Below are positions 51,191 to 63,823 of a stretch of 64,000 nucleotides of DNA, one piece after another. This stretch comes from an uncultured Candidatus Binatia bacterium (GTDB taxonomy: Bacteria > Desulfobacterota > Binatia > UBA9968 > JAJDTQ01), in NCBI GenBank assembly GCA_964291295.2, contig OZ219754.1, forward strand, positions 864,001 to 928,000, read 5' to 3'. The position numbers were made by a program, and so were the translations under genes. The notes beneath the pieces are model-generated. The model was not told the DNA's origin, did not search any database, and was given only the letters and a program-made list of their open reading frames with translations. Numbering within the stretch: position 1 is the stretch's first letter; each line of letters begins with the position of its first letter.

Positions 51191-52183
51191 CTACGCGGAC
51201 CTCCTGAAGTGGTCGTGACCGCCGCCCGTCAGGGGTACGCTTCCGCCCCGCGGGTCCAGCAGCGTGACGCCCCGCTTCCGGGCCACGCACTCGCCGATGC
51301 GGGTGATGGCGACGCCGGTGCGCCGGGCGACCCGCTCCACCCCCGTGCCGGCCCCGCCCGGCGCGGTGAACAGCAGCTCGTAGTCCTCGCCGCCGGCCAG
51401 CGCGCAGGGGAGGTCTTCCGGTCCGGCCACCCGGTTGAAAACCGGCGACAGCGGCACCCGGTCCTGACGCACCACCGCCCCGACGCCGCTGGCCCGGCAG
51501 AGCTGTCCGAGGTCCTGCGCGAGGCCGTCGCTCACGTCCATCATGGCCCGGGCCAGGCCTTCCCTGGCCAGTTGCAGGCCGGTCTCCAGGCGCGCCGCGG
51601 GGTGGTGGTGCCTGCGCACGAGGTAGTTCCGGTCCCGGGCGGAAATCGCGCTCCGGGGCTCGGAAAGCAGCGCCAGCCCCAGCGCGGAGTCTCCCAGGGT
51701 GCCGGTCACGTAGATGTCGTCACCCACCCTGGCGCCGCTTCGGGTGACTGCGCCGTGGGGCGCGAAGCCCGCAAGGAACACGTCGATGACCAGCCGGTCC
51801 GCGGCGCAGGTGTCGCCTCCCACCAGCGCCACCCGATGCTCCGCGGCCGCGGCGTGAATGCCCCGGACCAGCGCGGCCGCCTGGTGCGCGGCCAGGTCCG
51901 GCAGGGCCAGCGACAGCAGGAAATAGGCCGGCCGGCCGCCCATGGCGGCGATGTCGCTCAAGCTGGCGGTCAGGGACTTGTGTCCGAGATCCCGCATCGA
52001 GATCCAGTCGCGGTTGAAGTGGACGTCTTCGATCAGCAGGTCCGAGGTGAACAGCATGGAATCGTCCGGTGTGGCGACCCGGGCAGCGTCGTCGCCGATG
52101 CCCAGCCGCACGCCGCGCGCCCGCGGGGTCTGCTTCCGGATCAGGTCGATGAGCCCGAACTCTCCCAGGTCCCGAAGTCTCAT
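51191..52183 (-). CDS. thiL: Thiamine-monophosphate kinase
   Basis: GEFGLI, GIGDDAA, LSDIAAMGG, GGDT, MDVSDGL, GGEDYELLFT. Confidence 0.95.
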   Translation of the reverse strand: MRLRDLGEFGLIDLIRKQTPRARGVRLGIGDDAARVATPDDSMLFTSDLLIEDVHFNRDWISMRDLGHKSLTASLSDIAAMGGRPAYFLLSLALPDLAAHQAAALVRGIHAAAAEHRVALVGGDTCAADRLVIDVFLAGFAPHGAVTRSGARVGDDIYVTGTLGDSALGLALLSEPRSAISARDRNYLVRRHHHPAARLETGLQLAREGLARAMMDVSDGLAQDLGQLCRASGVGAVVRQDRVPLSPVFNRVAGPEDLPCALAGGEDYELLFTAPGGAGTGVERVARRTGVAITRIGECVARKRGVTLLDPRGGSVPLTGGGHDHFRRSA

Positions 52184-52202
52184 GGACGGATCGGGAGGAA
52201 CG

Positions 52203-54683
52203 TCAGGCGTTGGCCGGCACCGCTCTGTCCGCGCCGCCCTTGGGTCGGGGGCGCCGGCCGGCTTTCTTGCGCCTTGCCGCGGCAGGGGGCTTCGGCGTGT
52301 CGCCGGACACGCTTTCCGGCTGCTTGTCTCCGAACGCCGCCGCCAGCACGTCGTTCATGTTGCGCGCCAGGATGAAGTGCAGCTTGTTGCGCAAGGGTCG
52401 CGGGATCTCTTCGAGATCCTTCTGGTTCTGGAACGGAATGGCCACGGTCTCGACGCCGGAACGAAAGGCCGCCAGACATTTCTCCTTCAGGCCGCCCACC
52501 GGCAGGACCCGGCCCCGGAGGGTGATCTCCCCGGTCATGGCCACATTCCGGCTCACCGGCCGGCGGGTCAGCGCGGAGATGAGGGCGGTTCCCATGGTGA
52601 TGCCCGCCGAGGGGCCGTCCTTGGGAATGGAGCCGGAGGGTACGTGTATGTGGATGTCCTGCTTCTGGTAGAAGCTCTCTTCGAGGCCCAGGTTCTTGGC
52701 CTGGGCCCGGGCGTAGCTCACCGCGGCCTGGGCCGACTCCCTCATGACGTCACCCAGCTGGCCCGTCAGCGTGAGGTTGCCGCGGCCCTTGGACAGCGAT
52801 GCTTCGACGTGCAGCACCTCGCCGCCGGCGCTGGTCCAGGCGAGACCGGTGGCCACGCCGATCTCGTTCTGGTCCTGGGTTTCGGTCAGGAACCGAGGGG
52901 GGCCGAGGAACCGGTGCAGGTTCCTCCGGGTGATGCGGGTGCGGGCGGTGCGCCCGTCGGCCACCCTGCGCGCCACCTTCCGGCAGATGGCCGCCATCTC
53001 CCGCTCGAGATTCCGGAGCCCCGCCTCCCGCGTGTACTGTTCGATGATCCGCAGTACCGCGTCGTTGGATATCTCCAGCAGATCGCTCGAAATCCCGGCC
53101 TCCTGCAACTGCCGCGGGACCAGGAAACGCCGGGCAATCTCCAGCTTCTCCTCATTGGTATAGCCGGAGAGGTTGATCACCTCCATGCGGTCGCGCAGCG
53201 CCGGCGGGATCGTGTCGAGGAGATTGGCGGTGCAGATGAAGAGCACGCTGGACAGGTCGAACGGGACATTCAGGTAGTGGTCGCTGAATTCGTGGTTCTG
53301 CTCGGGATCGAGCACCTCCAGCAAGGCTGCCGAGGGGTCGCCGCGGAAGTCGTTGCCGAGCTTGTCGAGTTCGTCCAGCATGAATACCGGATTGTGGCTG
53401 CCGGCCTGCTTCATGCCCTGGATGATGCGGCCCGGCAGCGCCCCCACGTAGGTTCTGCGGTGGCCGCGGATCTCCGCCTCGTCGCGGATGCCGCCCAGGG
53501 ACACGCGGACGAAGTTCCGCCCGAGGGCCCGGGCGATGGATTTGCCCAAGGAGGTCTTGCCGACCCCCGGCGGCCCCACGAAGCACAGGATGGGCCCGCG
53601 GATCTTCTTTCTCAGCTTGTTGACCGCGAGATACTCGAGAAAGCGCTCCTTGATCTTCTCCAGGTTGTAGTGGTCCTCGTCCAGAACCTGCTTGGCCTTC
53701 CCGAGGTCGAGATTGTCGTCGGTCTTCACGCTCCAGGGAAGCTCCACCATCCAGTCCAGGTAGGTCCTCACCAGTGAGGACTCGGACGACTCGGGATGCA
53801 TCTGCTCCAGGCGCTTGAGCTGCTTGGCGGCCTCCTTCCGGACCTCGGACGGCATGCCGGCCTTGTCGATCCGGGCCTTGAACTCGTTCATCTCCTCGGT
53901 TTTCTCGTCGCCTTCCCCCAGCTCTTGGTGGATCTGCCTGAGCTGCTCCCGCAGGAAGTATTCCCGCTGGGTCTTGCTCATTTCGTCCTTGGCCTGGTTC
54001 TGGATGCGCGCCTGCATGGTAGCCAGCTCGAGTTCCCGGGTGAGCAGCTCGTTGACCTTCCTGAGCCGGTCCAGCGGCTCGTAGATCTCGAGGATGGCCT
54101 GGCTTTCCTCGATCTGGAGCCGCAGGTTCGAAGCCACCAGGTCCGCCAGCACGCCGGGATCCACCACGTTGTCCGTGACCATGACGATCTCGGGCGGAAG
54201 GTTCTTGAGGTTGAGGATCTGCTCGATCTTCTCCTTGACGCTGCGCATCAGCGCCTCGACCTCGACGGACAACTCGACGATCTGCTGCTCCACCACCTTG
54301 CGGATACGCACCTCGAAGAACGGCTTTTTCCGCACCACCTGTTCGAGGGAGCCCTTGGTGAGTCCCTGTACCAGGATCTTCACGCGTCCGTCGTCGAGCT
54401 TGAGCATGCGCAGGATGGTCGCCACCGTGCCCACGCGGTACAGGTCGTCGGCCCCGGGCTTGTCCTCCGCGGCGTCCTTCTGCACCACGAGAAAGATGTG
54501 GCGGTCACGCGCGAGCGCCTCGTTCACCGCGTTGATGGAGATCTCCCGCCCGACGAACAGGGGTATCATCATGTAGGGATAGATGACGATGTCCCTGATG
54601 GGCAGCAGCGGTACGACGTCGGGGATGTCCTCGATCGGCCGGTCGGCAACGAACTCCGCGGTGTCCTTGTCCGATACGTCCAT
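52203..54683 (-). CDS. lon: ATP-dependent protease La
   Basis: GPPGVGKTS, GHRRTYVGA, PKDGPSAG, GGLKEK. Confidence 0.97.
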   Translation of the reverse strand: MDVSDKDTAEFVADRPIEDIPDVVPLLPIRDIVIYPYMMIPLFVGREISINAVNEALARDRHIFLVVQKDAAEDKPGADDLYRVGTVATILRMLKLDDGRVKILVQGLTKGSLEQVVRKKPFFEVRIRKVVEQQIVELSVEVEALMRSVKEKIEQILNLKNLPPEIVMVTDNVVDPGVLADLVASNLRLQIEESQAILEIYEPLDRLRKVNELLTRELELATMQARIQNQAKDEMSKTQREYFLREQLRQIHQELGEGDEKTEEMNEFKARIDKAGMPSEVRKEAAKQLKRLEQMHPESSESSLVRTYLDWMVELPWSVKTDDNLDLGKAKQVLDEDHYNLEKIKERFLEYLAVNKLRKKIRGPILCFVGPPGVGKTSLGKSIARALGRNFVRVSLGGIRDEAEIRGHRRTYVGALPGRIIQGMKQAGSHNPVFMLDELDKLGNDFRGDPSAALLEVLDPEQNHEFSDHYLNVPFDLSSVLFICTANLLDTIPPALRDRMEVINLSGYTNEEKLEIARRFLVPRQLQEAGISSDLLEISNDAVLRIIEQYTREAGLRNLEREMAAICRKVARRVADGRTARTRITRRNLHRFLGPPRFLTETQDQNEIGVATGLAWTSAGGEVLHVEASLSKGRGNLTLTGQLGDVMRESAQAAVSYARAQAKNLGLEESFYQKQDIHIHVPSGSIPKDGPSAGITMGTALISALTRRPVSRNVAMTGEITLRGRVLPVGGLKEKCLAAFRSGVETVAIPFQNQKDLEEIPRPLRNKLHFILARNMNDVLAAAFGDKQPESVSGDTPKPPAAARRKKAGRRPRPKGGADRAVPANA

Positions 54684-54686
54684 GCG

Positions 54687-55811
54687 TTACCCTCTGTCGT
54701 CGAACAGTTCCCGTACCTTTTCGAAGAAACCCTTGGCGATGGGATGCGCTTCCTCCTGGTCTTCCTGGGCGAAATCCTTGAGCAATTTCTTCTGGCGCGA
54801 GTTGAGCCGGGTCGGGGTTTCCACCAGGACGCGCACGTGTTCGTCGCCCCGGCGGCCGCCGTGAACGTCCTTGATCCCTTTGCCCTTGAGGCGGAAGAGC
54901 GCGTGGGACTGGGTCCCGGAAGGGATCTTCATCTTGACCTTGCCATCCAGCGTGGGCACCTCGATCTCGGCTCCGAGAGCGGCGTCGACGAAGCTGATGG
55001 GCATCTCGCAGATGACGTCGGTGCCGTCACGGGAGAAGATCGCGTGCTCCTGGACGATGATGACCACGTACAGGTCTCCGGGCGGGCCGCCCCGGCCGCC
55101 GTTCTCGCCTTCGCCCCGAAGCTTGAGCCGCGAGCCGGTGTCGACGCCGGCCGGAATCTTGACGTTGATGGTGTGGAATTTCCGCACGAGGCCGGTGCCG
55201 CCGCAGCCGGTGCAAGGGTGGGGGATCACCCGGCCCTGGCCGGCGCACTGGCCGCAGGTGCGGGATACGGTGAAGAAGCCTTGCTGAAAGGCGGTCTGTC
55301 CGCTGCCCTGGCAGGCGGGACAGGTCTGCGGCGACGTGCCCTTCTCGGCACCGCTCCCCTCGCAGGCGTCGCAGGGTCCGTGGCGCGGGATCTTGATCTT
55401 CTTCTCGGTGCCGGAGGCGGCCTGCTCGAAGGTGATCTCGAGGTTGTAGCGGAGGTCGTCGCCCCGCTGCGCCCGTGAAGTGCTCCGGCCCCGGGGCGAG
55501 CCGCCGAAGATGTCGCCGAAGATATCGCCGAAAATGTCCTGGAACCCGTGGGCGAAGTCGAAGCCGCCGGCGAACGGCCCGCTTTCGCCGAACGCGGCAT
55601 GGCCGAACTGGTCGTACCTGGAGCGCTTCTCCGGATCCGAGAGCACCTGGTAGGCCTCGGAGAGCACCTTGAACTTCTCCTCCGCCTCCTTGTCGCCAGG
55701 GTTCCGGTCCGGGTGGTACTGCAGGGCCAGCTTGCGGTACGCTTTCTTGATCTCGTCCTCGCCGGCGTTGCGGCTCAGGCCGAGGATCTCGTAGTAATCC
55801 CTCTTGTCCAA
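54687..55811 (-). CDS. dnaJ: Chaperone DnaJ
   Basis: J-domain HPD, G/F region, four CxxCxGxG motifs. Confidence 0.97.
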   Translation of the reverse strand: MDKRDYYEILGLSRNAGEDEIKKAYRKLALQYHPDRNPGDKEAEEKFKVLSEAYQVLSDPEKRSRYDQFGHAAFGESGPFAGGFDFAHGFQDIFGDIFGDIFGGSPRGRSTSRAQRGDDLRYNLEITFEQAASGTEKKIKIPRHGPCDACEGSGAEKGTSPQTCPACQGSGQTAFQQGFFTVSRTCGQCAGQGRVIPHPCTGCGGTGLVRKFHTINVKIPAGVDTGSRLKLRGEGENGGRGGPPGDLYVVIIVQEHAIFSRDGTDVICEMPISFVDAALGAEIEVPTLDGKVKMKIPSGTQSHALFRLKGKGIKDVHGGRRGDEHVRVLVETPTRLNSRQKKLLKDFAQEDQEEAHPIAKGFFEKVRELFDDRG

Positions 55812-55865
55812 TACGGAGTCCCTTTCGGCACACGGCTCCGAAACCGGCGCACGGTCCCGGAACCA

Positions 55866-55891
55866 TCATCCCCGCGCAAGCGGGAATCCAG
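55866..55891. repeat. REP-like palindrome between dnaK and dnaJ
   Basis: TCATCCCCGCGCAAGCGGGAATCCAG stem-loop of the common CCCGC-N4-GCGGG class. Confidence 0.55.
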
Positions 55892-55923
55892 GCGGGTGTG
55901 GGTGGGTGGCGGAGGGGTGAAGG

Positions 55924-57840
<1,917 letters not shown>

Positions 57841-57909
57841 CTCATTGTCTCCTTGTCGTGCGGTTTCATTGTAAATCTAATCATCGGTCTGGTCGGTTTC
57901 AACCGGGGT

Positions 57910-58488
57910 TTATTCTTTTGAAATCGAAGCCTTGGCCACACTCACCAGGGACGGCCGCAACAGCCGGTCGGCCAGGTAGTAGCCCGGGTGCACCTCGTCC
58001 ACCACCGTGTTGGCCGGGTGCTCGTCGGTCTCCACCTGGGCGTAGGCCTCGTGCTTCCCGGGGTCGAAGGGTTGTCCCTTGGCCGTGACCCGCGTGACTC
58101 CGTGTTTCTGAAGCGCTTCGAGACAGCCCTTGAGCACCAGTTCGAGGCCGTCCCGCAGCGTGCCTTCGGCCGGAGCGTGCCGGGCCGCCCGCTCAAGGTC
58201 GTCGATCACCGGCAGAAGATCCCGCACCAGGGACTCGTTGGCGTACTGGATGGCGTCCTGCTTCTCACGGGCGACGCGCTTCCTGTAGTTCTCGGTATCG
58301 GCAGCGTTGCGCAGGTAGTGCTCGTGATGGCGGCGTGCTTCCTCCCGCGCGGCCTCCAGTTCGGCCGCCAACCGCTCGACCTCCGACGGCTCCCGCTCCT
58401 CTTCCGCCGCCGGGTCTGCATCGGGCGGGGTTGCCGTTTCCGGGTCTTCCGCCGCCGCTTCGCCCCGATGTCTGCTCTCTCCGTCCAT
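57910..58488 (-). CDS. grpE: Nucleotide exchange factor GrpE
   Basis: ADTENYRKR, LLPVIDDLERA, FDP..HEA, GY....RLLRP..V. Confidence 0.95.
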   Translation of the reverse strand: MDGESRHRGEAAAEDPETATPPDADPAAEEEREPSEVERLAAELEAAREEARRHHEHYLRNAADTENYRKRVAREKQDAIQYANESLVRDLLPVIDDLERAARHAPAEGTLRDGLELVLKGCLEALQKHGVTRVTAKGQPFDPGKHEAYAQVETDEHPANTVVDEVHPGYYLADRLLRPSLVSVAKASISKE

Positions 58489-58557
58489 GATTGCGTCCGC
58501 TTTCGGCCTATTTCCTGCTTGCGGGCGGAACAGCCCCCACCCCGCGGCGAACGAGTG

Positions 58558-58586
58558 AAGGTAATCACGGCTCCGGACCTTGTCAA
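58558..58586 (-). promoter_or_regulatory. Sigma70-type promoter for grpE-dnaK-dnaJ-lon
   Basis: TTGACA, 17 nt, TACCTT on the minus strand. Confidence 0.65.
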
Positions 58587-58787
58587 GGTAGCCGGAATCG
58601 CCGGCGGACGTCATTTCGGCCCGCGCGCCGCGGCGGGGACGGTGCCGTGCGCGGGTGCCCGGAATGGCCGAAACCGGACGTTTCCGCGGGATTTTTCCGA
58701 TGGCCTGGTGTATAAGGCACCGGATATCGGCGATGGCGTGGCGGGGTCGGGCGGCCGTTGGACGCCGTTCATGTCGGGGGGTGTCGA

Positions 58788-59561
58788 GTGTCGGCGATAC
58801 GGTCGAGCCAGGCCATCGTGCTGCGGTCCTGGGCCTATGGCGAATCGGACAAGATCGTCTCTTTCCTCACGCGGGATTTCGGCAAGATCAGGGGCATCGC
58901 CAAGGGAGCCCGGCGGTCCCGCAAACGATTGCTGAACGTTCTGGAACCGTTCACGCTGGTCCAGTTGCGCTTTCATCAGCGCTCCAGCAGCCCGCTCGTC
59001 TTTGTCCACGCCTGCGAGTGGGTCCATGTGTTCCGGGAACTGACGCGGACCCTGGCCAAGATCGCCCACGCTTCCTATTTCGTGGAAATCACCGATGAAC
59101 TGACGCGGGACGGCGACGACAGCCGGTCGCTGTTCGACCACCTGCGGGACGGGCTGCGGTTCCTGGAGAAGAACGAGGCGTCGGCGGAGTATCTCGTCGC
59201 CTTCGAACTGGCGCTGCTGCGGCTGGCCGGGTTTCAGCCGGCCCTGGAGCATTGCCAGCGCTGCGGCGCCAGGCCCTCGCCCGGTGATGGCCGGGGAGGT
59301 GGCCGCTGGGGGTTCAGCCCGCGGGACGGCGGCGCGCTGTGCCGAAACTGTTGCAGCCTTCGCAAGGAGGCGGTGCCCCTGTCCATGGAGGCCCTCGCCA
59401 TCATGGCCCACTTCCAGCGGCACGGGTGGATGCACGGGAAGACGCCGCCGTTCTCCCGGCCGGCGCTCGGGGAGGCCCGCGAGCTGCTGCCCTTGTTTAT
59501 CCAGTACCAGATTAGTAAGAAGCTCAAGTCCGCGGCTTTCCTGAACGGCTCGTTTCGATAG
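58788..59561 (+). CDS. recO: DNA repair protein RecO
   Basis: AIVLR...YGESDKIV..LT..FGK...AKGARRS, LEPF, Zn-finger CxxC...CxxC. Confidence 0.93.
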   Translation: MSAIRSSQAIVLRSWAYGESDKIVSFLTRDFGKIRGIAKGARRSRKRLLNVLEPFTLVQLRFHQRSSSPLVFVHACEWVHVFRELTRTLAKIAHASYFVEITDELTRDGDDSRSLFDHLRDGLRFLEKNEASAEYLVAFELALLRLAGFQPALEHCQRCGARPSPGDGRGGGRWGFSPRDGGALCRNCCSLRKEAVPLSMEALAIMAHFQRHGWMHGKTPPFSRPALGEARELLPLFIQYQISKKLKSAAFLNGSFR

Positions 59562-59621
59562 CCTCCGGGAAGGCCCCGTTTCCACCGCGTCCCGACCACA
59601 GACAGGAGAACCCGAGCACTC

Positions 59622-60944
59622 ATGAACGAACGCGCGACGATGGAAAAAGTCGTCAATCTTTGCAAGCGGAGAGGGTTCATCTTTCCGTCCAGTGAGATTT
59701 ACGGAGGAATCGGCAGCACCTGGGACTACGGGCCGGTGGGGGTGGAGCTCAAGCGCAACGTCAAGGAGGCGTGGTGGAAGGCGGTGGTGACCGGCCGCAA
59801 CGACACGGTGGGCCTGGACGCCTCGATCCTGATGCATCCGCGGGTGTGGGAGGCGTCGGGCCACGTCGCCGGTTTTTCCGATCCACTGGTGGAGTGCCGG
59901 GTATGCCACCTGCGTTTCCGGGAAGACCACGTGGAGGAGGCGGGCAAGTGCCCGGACTGCGGCGGCGGGCTGACGGAGGCGCGTCAGTTCAACCTCATGT
60001 TCAAGACCTTCATGGGACCGGTGGAGGACACCGCCAGCACGGTGTTCCTGCGGCCCGAGACCGCCCAGGGCATCTTCGTCAACTTCACCAATGTGCTGGA
60101 CACCGCACGCCGGAAGATCCCCTTCGGCATCGCGCAGATCGGCAAGAGCTTCCGCAACGAGATCACTCCCGGCAACTTCATCTTCCGCACCCGCGAGTTC
60201 GAGCAGATGGAGATCGAGTACTTCGTCAAGCCGGGCGAGGACGAGGATGCCTTCCGGTCCTGGCAGGAAGCGCGTCTCCAGTGGTACGTGGACAATGGCA
60301 TCCGCGCCGCCAACCTCCGCATCCGCCCCCACGGCAGCGACGAGCTGGCCCATTACGCCAAGGCCTGCGTGGACGTGGAGTACGAGTTCCCGTTCGGCTG
60401 GTCGGAGCTCGAGGGCATCGCCAACCGCAGCGACTTCGACCTGAAGCAGCACATGGAGTACAGCGGCAAGGACATGACCTACTTCGACGAGGTCAGCCGC
60501 AGCCGCTACATCCCCTATGTCATCGAACCTTCCGCTGGCGTGGACCGCCCGCTGCTGGCGTTCCTGGTGGACGCCTACGATGAGGAGGAAGTGGCCGGCG
60601 AACGGCGCATCGTGCTGCGTCTCGATCCGCGCCTGGCGCCCTTCAAGGCCGGCGTCTATCCACTGCTGCGCAAGGACGGACAGCCGGAACGGGCCCAGGA
60701 GATACGGGACATCCTCAAGGAGCGTTTCCCGGTGATCTACGATCAGGCCGGCTCCATCGGCCGGCGCTACCGGCGCCAGGACGAGATCGGCACGCCCTTC
60801 GGCGTCACCGTGGACCACGAGACCATGAAGGACCAGACGGTGACACTGCGGGACCGCGACGCCATGACCCAGGTGCGGATTCCGGTGGACCGGCTGGCGG
60901 ACGAGATTGCCCGCCGTATCGACCCGCGCACGAGGGACCGCTGA
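59622..60944 (+). CDS. glyQS: Glycine--tRNA ligase, homodimeric alpha2 type
   Basis: [61 protein letters not shown]. Confidence 0.95.
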   Translation: MNERATMEKVVNLCKRRGFIFPSSEIYGGIGSTWDYGPVGVELKRNVKEAWWKAVVTGRNDTVGLDASILMHPRVWEASGHVAGFSDPLVECRVCHLRFREDHVEEAGKCPDCGGGLTEARQFNLMFKTFMGPVEDTASTVFLRPETAQGIFVNFTNVLDTARRKIPFGIAQIGKSFRNEITPGNFIFRTREFEQMEIEYFVKPGEDEDAFRSWQEARLQWYVDNGIRAANLRIRPHGSDELAHYAKACVDVEYEFPFGWSELEGIANRSDFDLKQHMEYSGKDMTYFDEVSRSRYIPYVIEPSAGVDRPLLAFLVDAYDEEEVAGERRIVLRLDPRLAPFKAGVYPLLRKDGQPERAQEIRDILKERFPVIYDQAGSIGRRYRRQDEIGTPFGVTVDHETMKDQTVTLRDRDAMTQVRIPVDRLADEIARRIDPRTRDR

Positions 60945-63658
60945 TGGCCCGCCACGTCTACTCCTTCGGAGCGGGCAAGGCCATGGGCGGGGCCTCCATG
61001 CGCGAGTTCCTGGGAGGCAAGGGCGCCGGCCTGCACGAAATGACCCGCATGGGCGTTCCGGTGCCGCCGGGCTTCACCCTCTCCACCGCCGTCTGCGCTC
61101 ATTTCTACGAAAACGGGGGAGGTTACCCCGAGGGGCTGCGGCAGGAGGTCGCCCGCGCCATGACGCGGGTGGAGAAGATCATGGGCCGGCGCTTCGGCGA
61201 CGGCGACGACCCGTTGCTGGTGTCGGTGCGGTCGGGCGCCCGGGAGTCCATGCCCGGGATGATGGACACGGTGCTGAACCTCGGGCTCAACGACCGGACC
61301 GCGGCGGGTCTGATCCGGCGCACCGGCAACCCGCGGTTCGTCTACGACTCCTATCGCCGTTTCGTGCAGATGTACGGCGACGTGGTGCTGGGCATGAAGC
61401 CCGACAAGGCCGCCCCGCACGACGCGTTCGAAGCCCTGCTGGAGCGCCGGAAGCGCGCCCGGGGGGTTACCGCCGACACCGGCCTCGCGGCCGCGGACCT
61501 GCGCGATCTGGTGGTCCGGTTCAAGGAGGAGGTGAGGCGGCAGCGCGGCGTGCCGTTTCCCGAAGACCCGCTGGAACAGCTCTGGGGCGCCATCGGCGCG
61601 GTATTGGGATCGTGGCACAACGACCGCGCCGCGGCCTACCGGGAGATGTACGATATCCCCGACAGTTGGGGGACGGCGGTCAATGTTCAGGCCATGGTGT
61701 TCGGCAACATGGGCGAGAGTTCCGGCACCGGCGTCGCCTTCACCCGCGATCCGGCGTCCGGGGAGCGGCGGTTCTACGGCGAGTTTCTGATGAACGCCCA
61801 AGGCGAGGATGTGGTGGCGGGTATCCGCACGCCGCAGCCCATCCGCGCACTGGCCAAGGTCCAGCGCCCCGCATACCGCGAGTTGCAGCGCATTGCCGGC
61901 GTCCTGGAAGAGCGCTACCGGGACATGCAGGACCTCGAATTCACCATCGAGGAGGGCAGGCTCTGGTTGCTGCAGACACGGACGGGCAAGCGCACCGGCT
62001 TTGCTGCGGTGCGCATCGCCGTGGACATGGCCAATGCCGGCGTCATCCCCAGGGAAGAGGCGTTGCGGCGCATCGAGCCGGACCATCTGAGCCAGGTGCT
62101 GCGCCCGGTCTTCGACCAGACGGCAAGGGAGACGGCGCAGGCCAGGGGCCGGGTGCTGGCGCGGGGCCTGCCAGCGGGTCCGGGCGCGGCGGCAGGACGG
62201 ATCGTGTTCCACGCCGCCGACGCGGAAGAACGGTGCAACCGGGGGGACAAGGTCATCCTCTGCCGGGTGGAGACCAGCCCGGAAGACATCCGCGGCATCG
62301 AGGCGGCCGAGGGCATTCTCACGGCCCGGGGCGGCATGACCTCGCACGCGGCGCTGGTGGCGCGGCAGCTCGGCACGGTATGCGTGGTGGGCTGTGACGC
62401 CCTGACCATCGACTACCGTGCCGGCGAGGCCCGGATGGGCGGTACAACGCTCAAGGAAGGAGACTGGCTCTCCCTGGACGGCAGCACCGGGGAAGTGATC
62501 CGGGGCCAGCTCCGGACCCACCCTTCGGACGTCCAGCGGGTGTTGCTGGACCGCGAGGCCGCCGCCTCGCCCACCTCACGGCGCTTCGCCAGGCTCATGC
62601 GCTGGGTGGACGGGAACCGCCGGCTCGGGGTCAAGGCCAACGCCGATCTGCCGGAGCAGGCGCGCATCGCCCGGAACTTCGGCGCCGAGGGCATCGGCCT
62701 GTGCCGTACCGAGCACATGTTCTTCGAGGCGCAGCGCATCCACACGGTCCGTGAGATGATCCTGGCCGACGACGAGGAGGGGCGGCGTGCGGCCCTCGAC
62801 AAGCTGCTGCCCATGCAGAAGGGCGACTTCAAGGCGATCCTGGGCATCATGGACAGGCTGCCCGTCACCATCCGCCTGCTGGACCCGCCCCTGCACGAGT
62901 TTCTGCCCCAGACCGGCGCCGACATCGCCGCCCTCGCCAAGGTGTTGTCCATCCGTCCCGGCAAGGTGCGCGAGAAGGTGGAAGCGCTCAGGGAGTTCAA
63001 TCCCATGCTCGGCCACCGGGGCTGCCGGCTGGCCATCTCCTTCCCGGAGATCACCGAGATGCAGACCCGGGCCATCTTCCAGGCAGCCTGCGAGCTGCGC
63101 AAGGAGCGCAGGGATCCGCGCCCCGAGGTGATGATTCCGCTGGTGGGCAGCCTGGAGGAGTTCCGCGCCCAGCGGGAGATCGTGGAACGGGTCGCCCTGG
63201 ACACCATGAAAGGGTACGGCGTCAAGGTGCGTTACGCCGTGGGCACCATGATTGAACTGCCCCGGGCCTGTCTGGTAGCCGATCAGATCGCCCGGGAAGC
63301 GCAATTTTTCTCCTTCGGCACCAACGACCTGACCCAGACCTGCCTGGGCCTTTCCCGGGACGACGCCGGCAGGTTCCTGCCCCGCTACGTGGCCCAGGGG
63401 CTGCTGCCCGAGGATCCGTTCGTGACCATCGACGAGCCCGGGGTGGGCGCGTTGATGGCGCTGGGGGTCGAGAAGGGTCGAAGCTCCCGCCAGGATCTTG
63501 ACGTGGGCATATGCGGCGAACACGGAGGCGACCCCAGGTCGGTGGCCTTCTGCCACGATCTGGGCCTCGACTACGTCAGTTGCTCCCCTTACCGCGTGCC
63601 CATCGCCAAGCTGGCCGCGGCCCAGGCCGCACTCCGGGCAAAGGGCAACGGCCGGTAG
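60944..63658 (+). CDS. ppdK: Pyruvate, phosphate dikinase
   Basis: LGGKGA, VRSGA..SMPGMMDT, GGMTSHAA, GLCRTEHMF, SFGTNDLTQ, GICGEHGG. Confidence 0.97.
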   Translation: MARHVYSFGAGKAMGGASMREFLGGKGAGLHEMTRMGVPVPPGFTLSTAVCAHFYENGGGYPEGLRQEVARAMTRVEKIMGRRFGDGDDPLLVSVRSGARESMPGMMDTVLNLGLNDRTAAGLIRRTGNPRFVYDSYRRFVQMYGDVVLGMKPDKAAPHDAFEALLERRKRARGVTADTGLAAADLRDLVVRFKEEVRRQRGVPFPEDPLEQLWGAIGAVLGSWHNDRAAAYREMYDIPDSWGTAVNVQAMVFGNMGESSGTGVAFTRDPASGERRFYGEFLMNAQGEDVVAGIRTPQPIRALAKVQRPAYRELQRIAGVLEERYRDMQDLEFTIEEGRLWLLQTRTGKRTGFAAVRIAVDMANAGVIPREEALRRIEPDHLSQVLRPVFDQTARETAQARGRVLARGLPAGPGAAAGRIVFHAADAEERCNRGDKVILCRVETSPEDIRGIEAAEGILTARGGMTSHAALVARQLGTVCVVGCDALTIDYRAGEARMGGTTLKEGDWLSLDGSTGEVIRGQLRTHPSDVQRVLLDREAAASPTSRRFARLMRWVDGNRRLGVKANADLPEQARIARNFGAEGIGLCRTEHMFFEAQRIHTVREMILADDEEGRRAALDKLLPMQKGDFKAILGIMDRLPVTIRLLDPPLHEFLPQTGADIAALAKVLSIRPGKVREKVEALREFNPMLGHRGCRLAISFPEITEMQTRAIFQAACELRKERRDPRPEVMIPLVGSLEEFRAQREIVERVALDTMKGYGVKVRYAVGTMIELPRACLVADQIAREAQFFSFGTNDLTQTCLGLSRDDAGRFLPRYVAQGLLPEDPFVTIDEPGVGALMALGVEKGRSSRQDLDVGICGEHGGDPRSVAFCHDLGLDYVSCSPYRVPIAKLAAAQAALRAKGNGR

Positions 63659-63823
63659 TCCGGCCGGGTTCCGCGGACTCCTCCGACTCCTTCTACAGTT
63701 TTCGGCCGGCCGGCCGATTCATCACTCATGGGAACGCGCGGTTCCGCCAGTCCCGCGAAGGCGGGAACGGCGGAGCCGGAGTGGAATGCGAAGCGGCGCG
63801 ACAGGTTCGCGCGGGGGTTCGTC

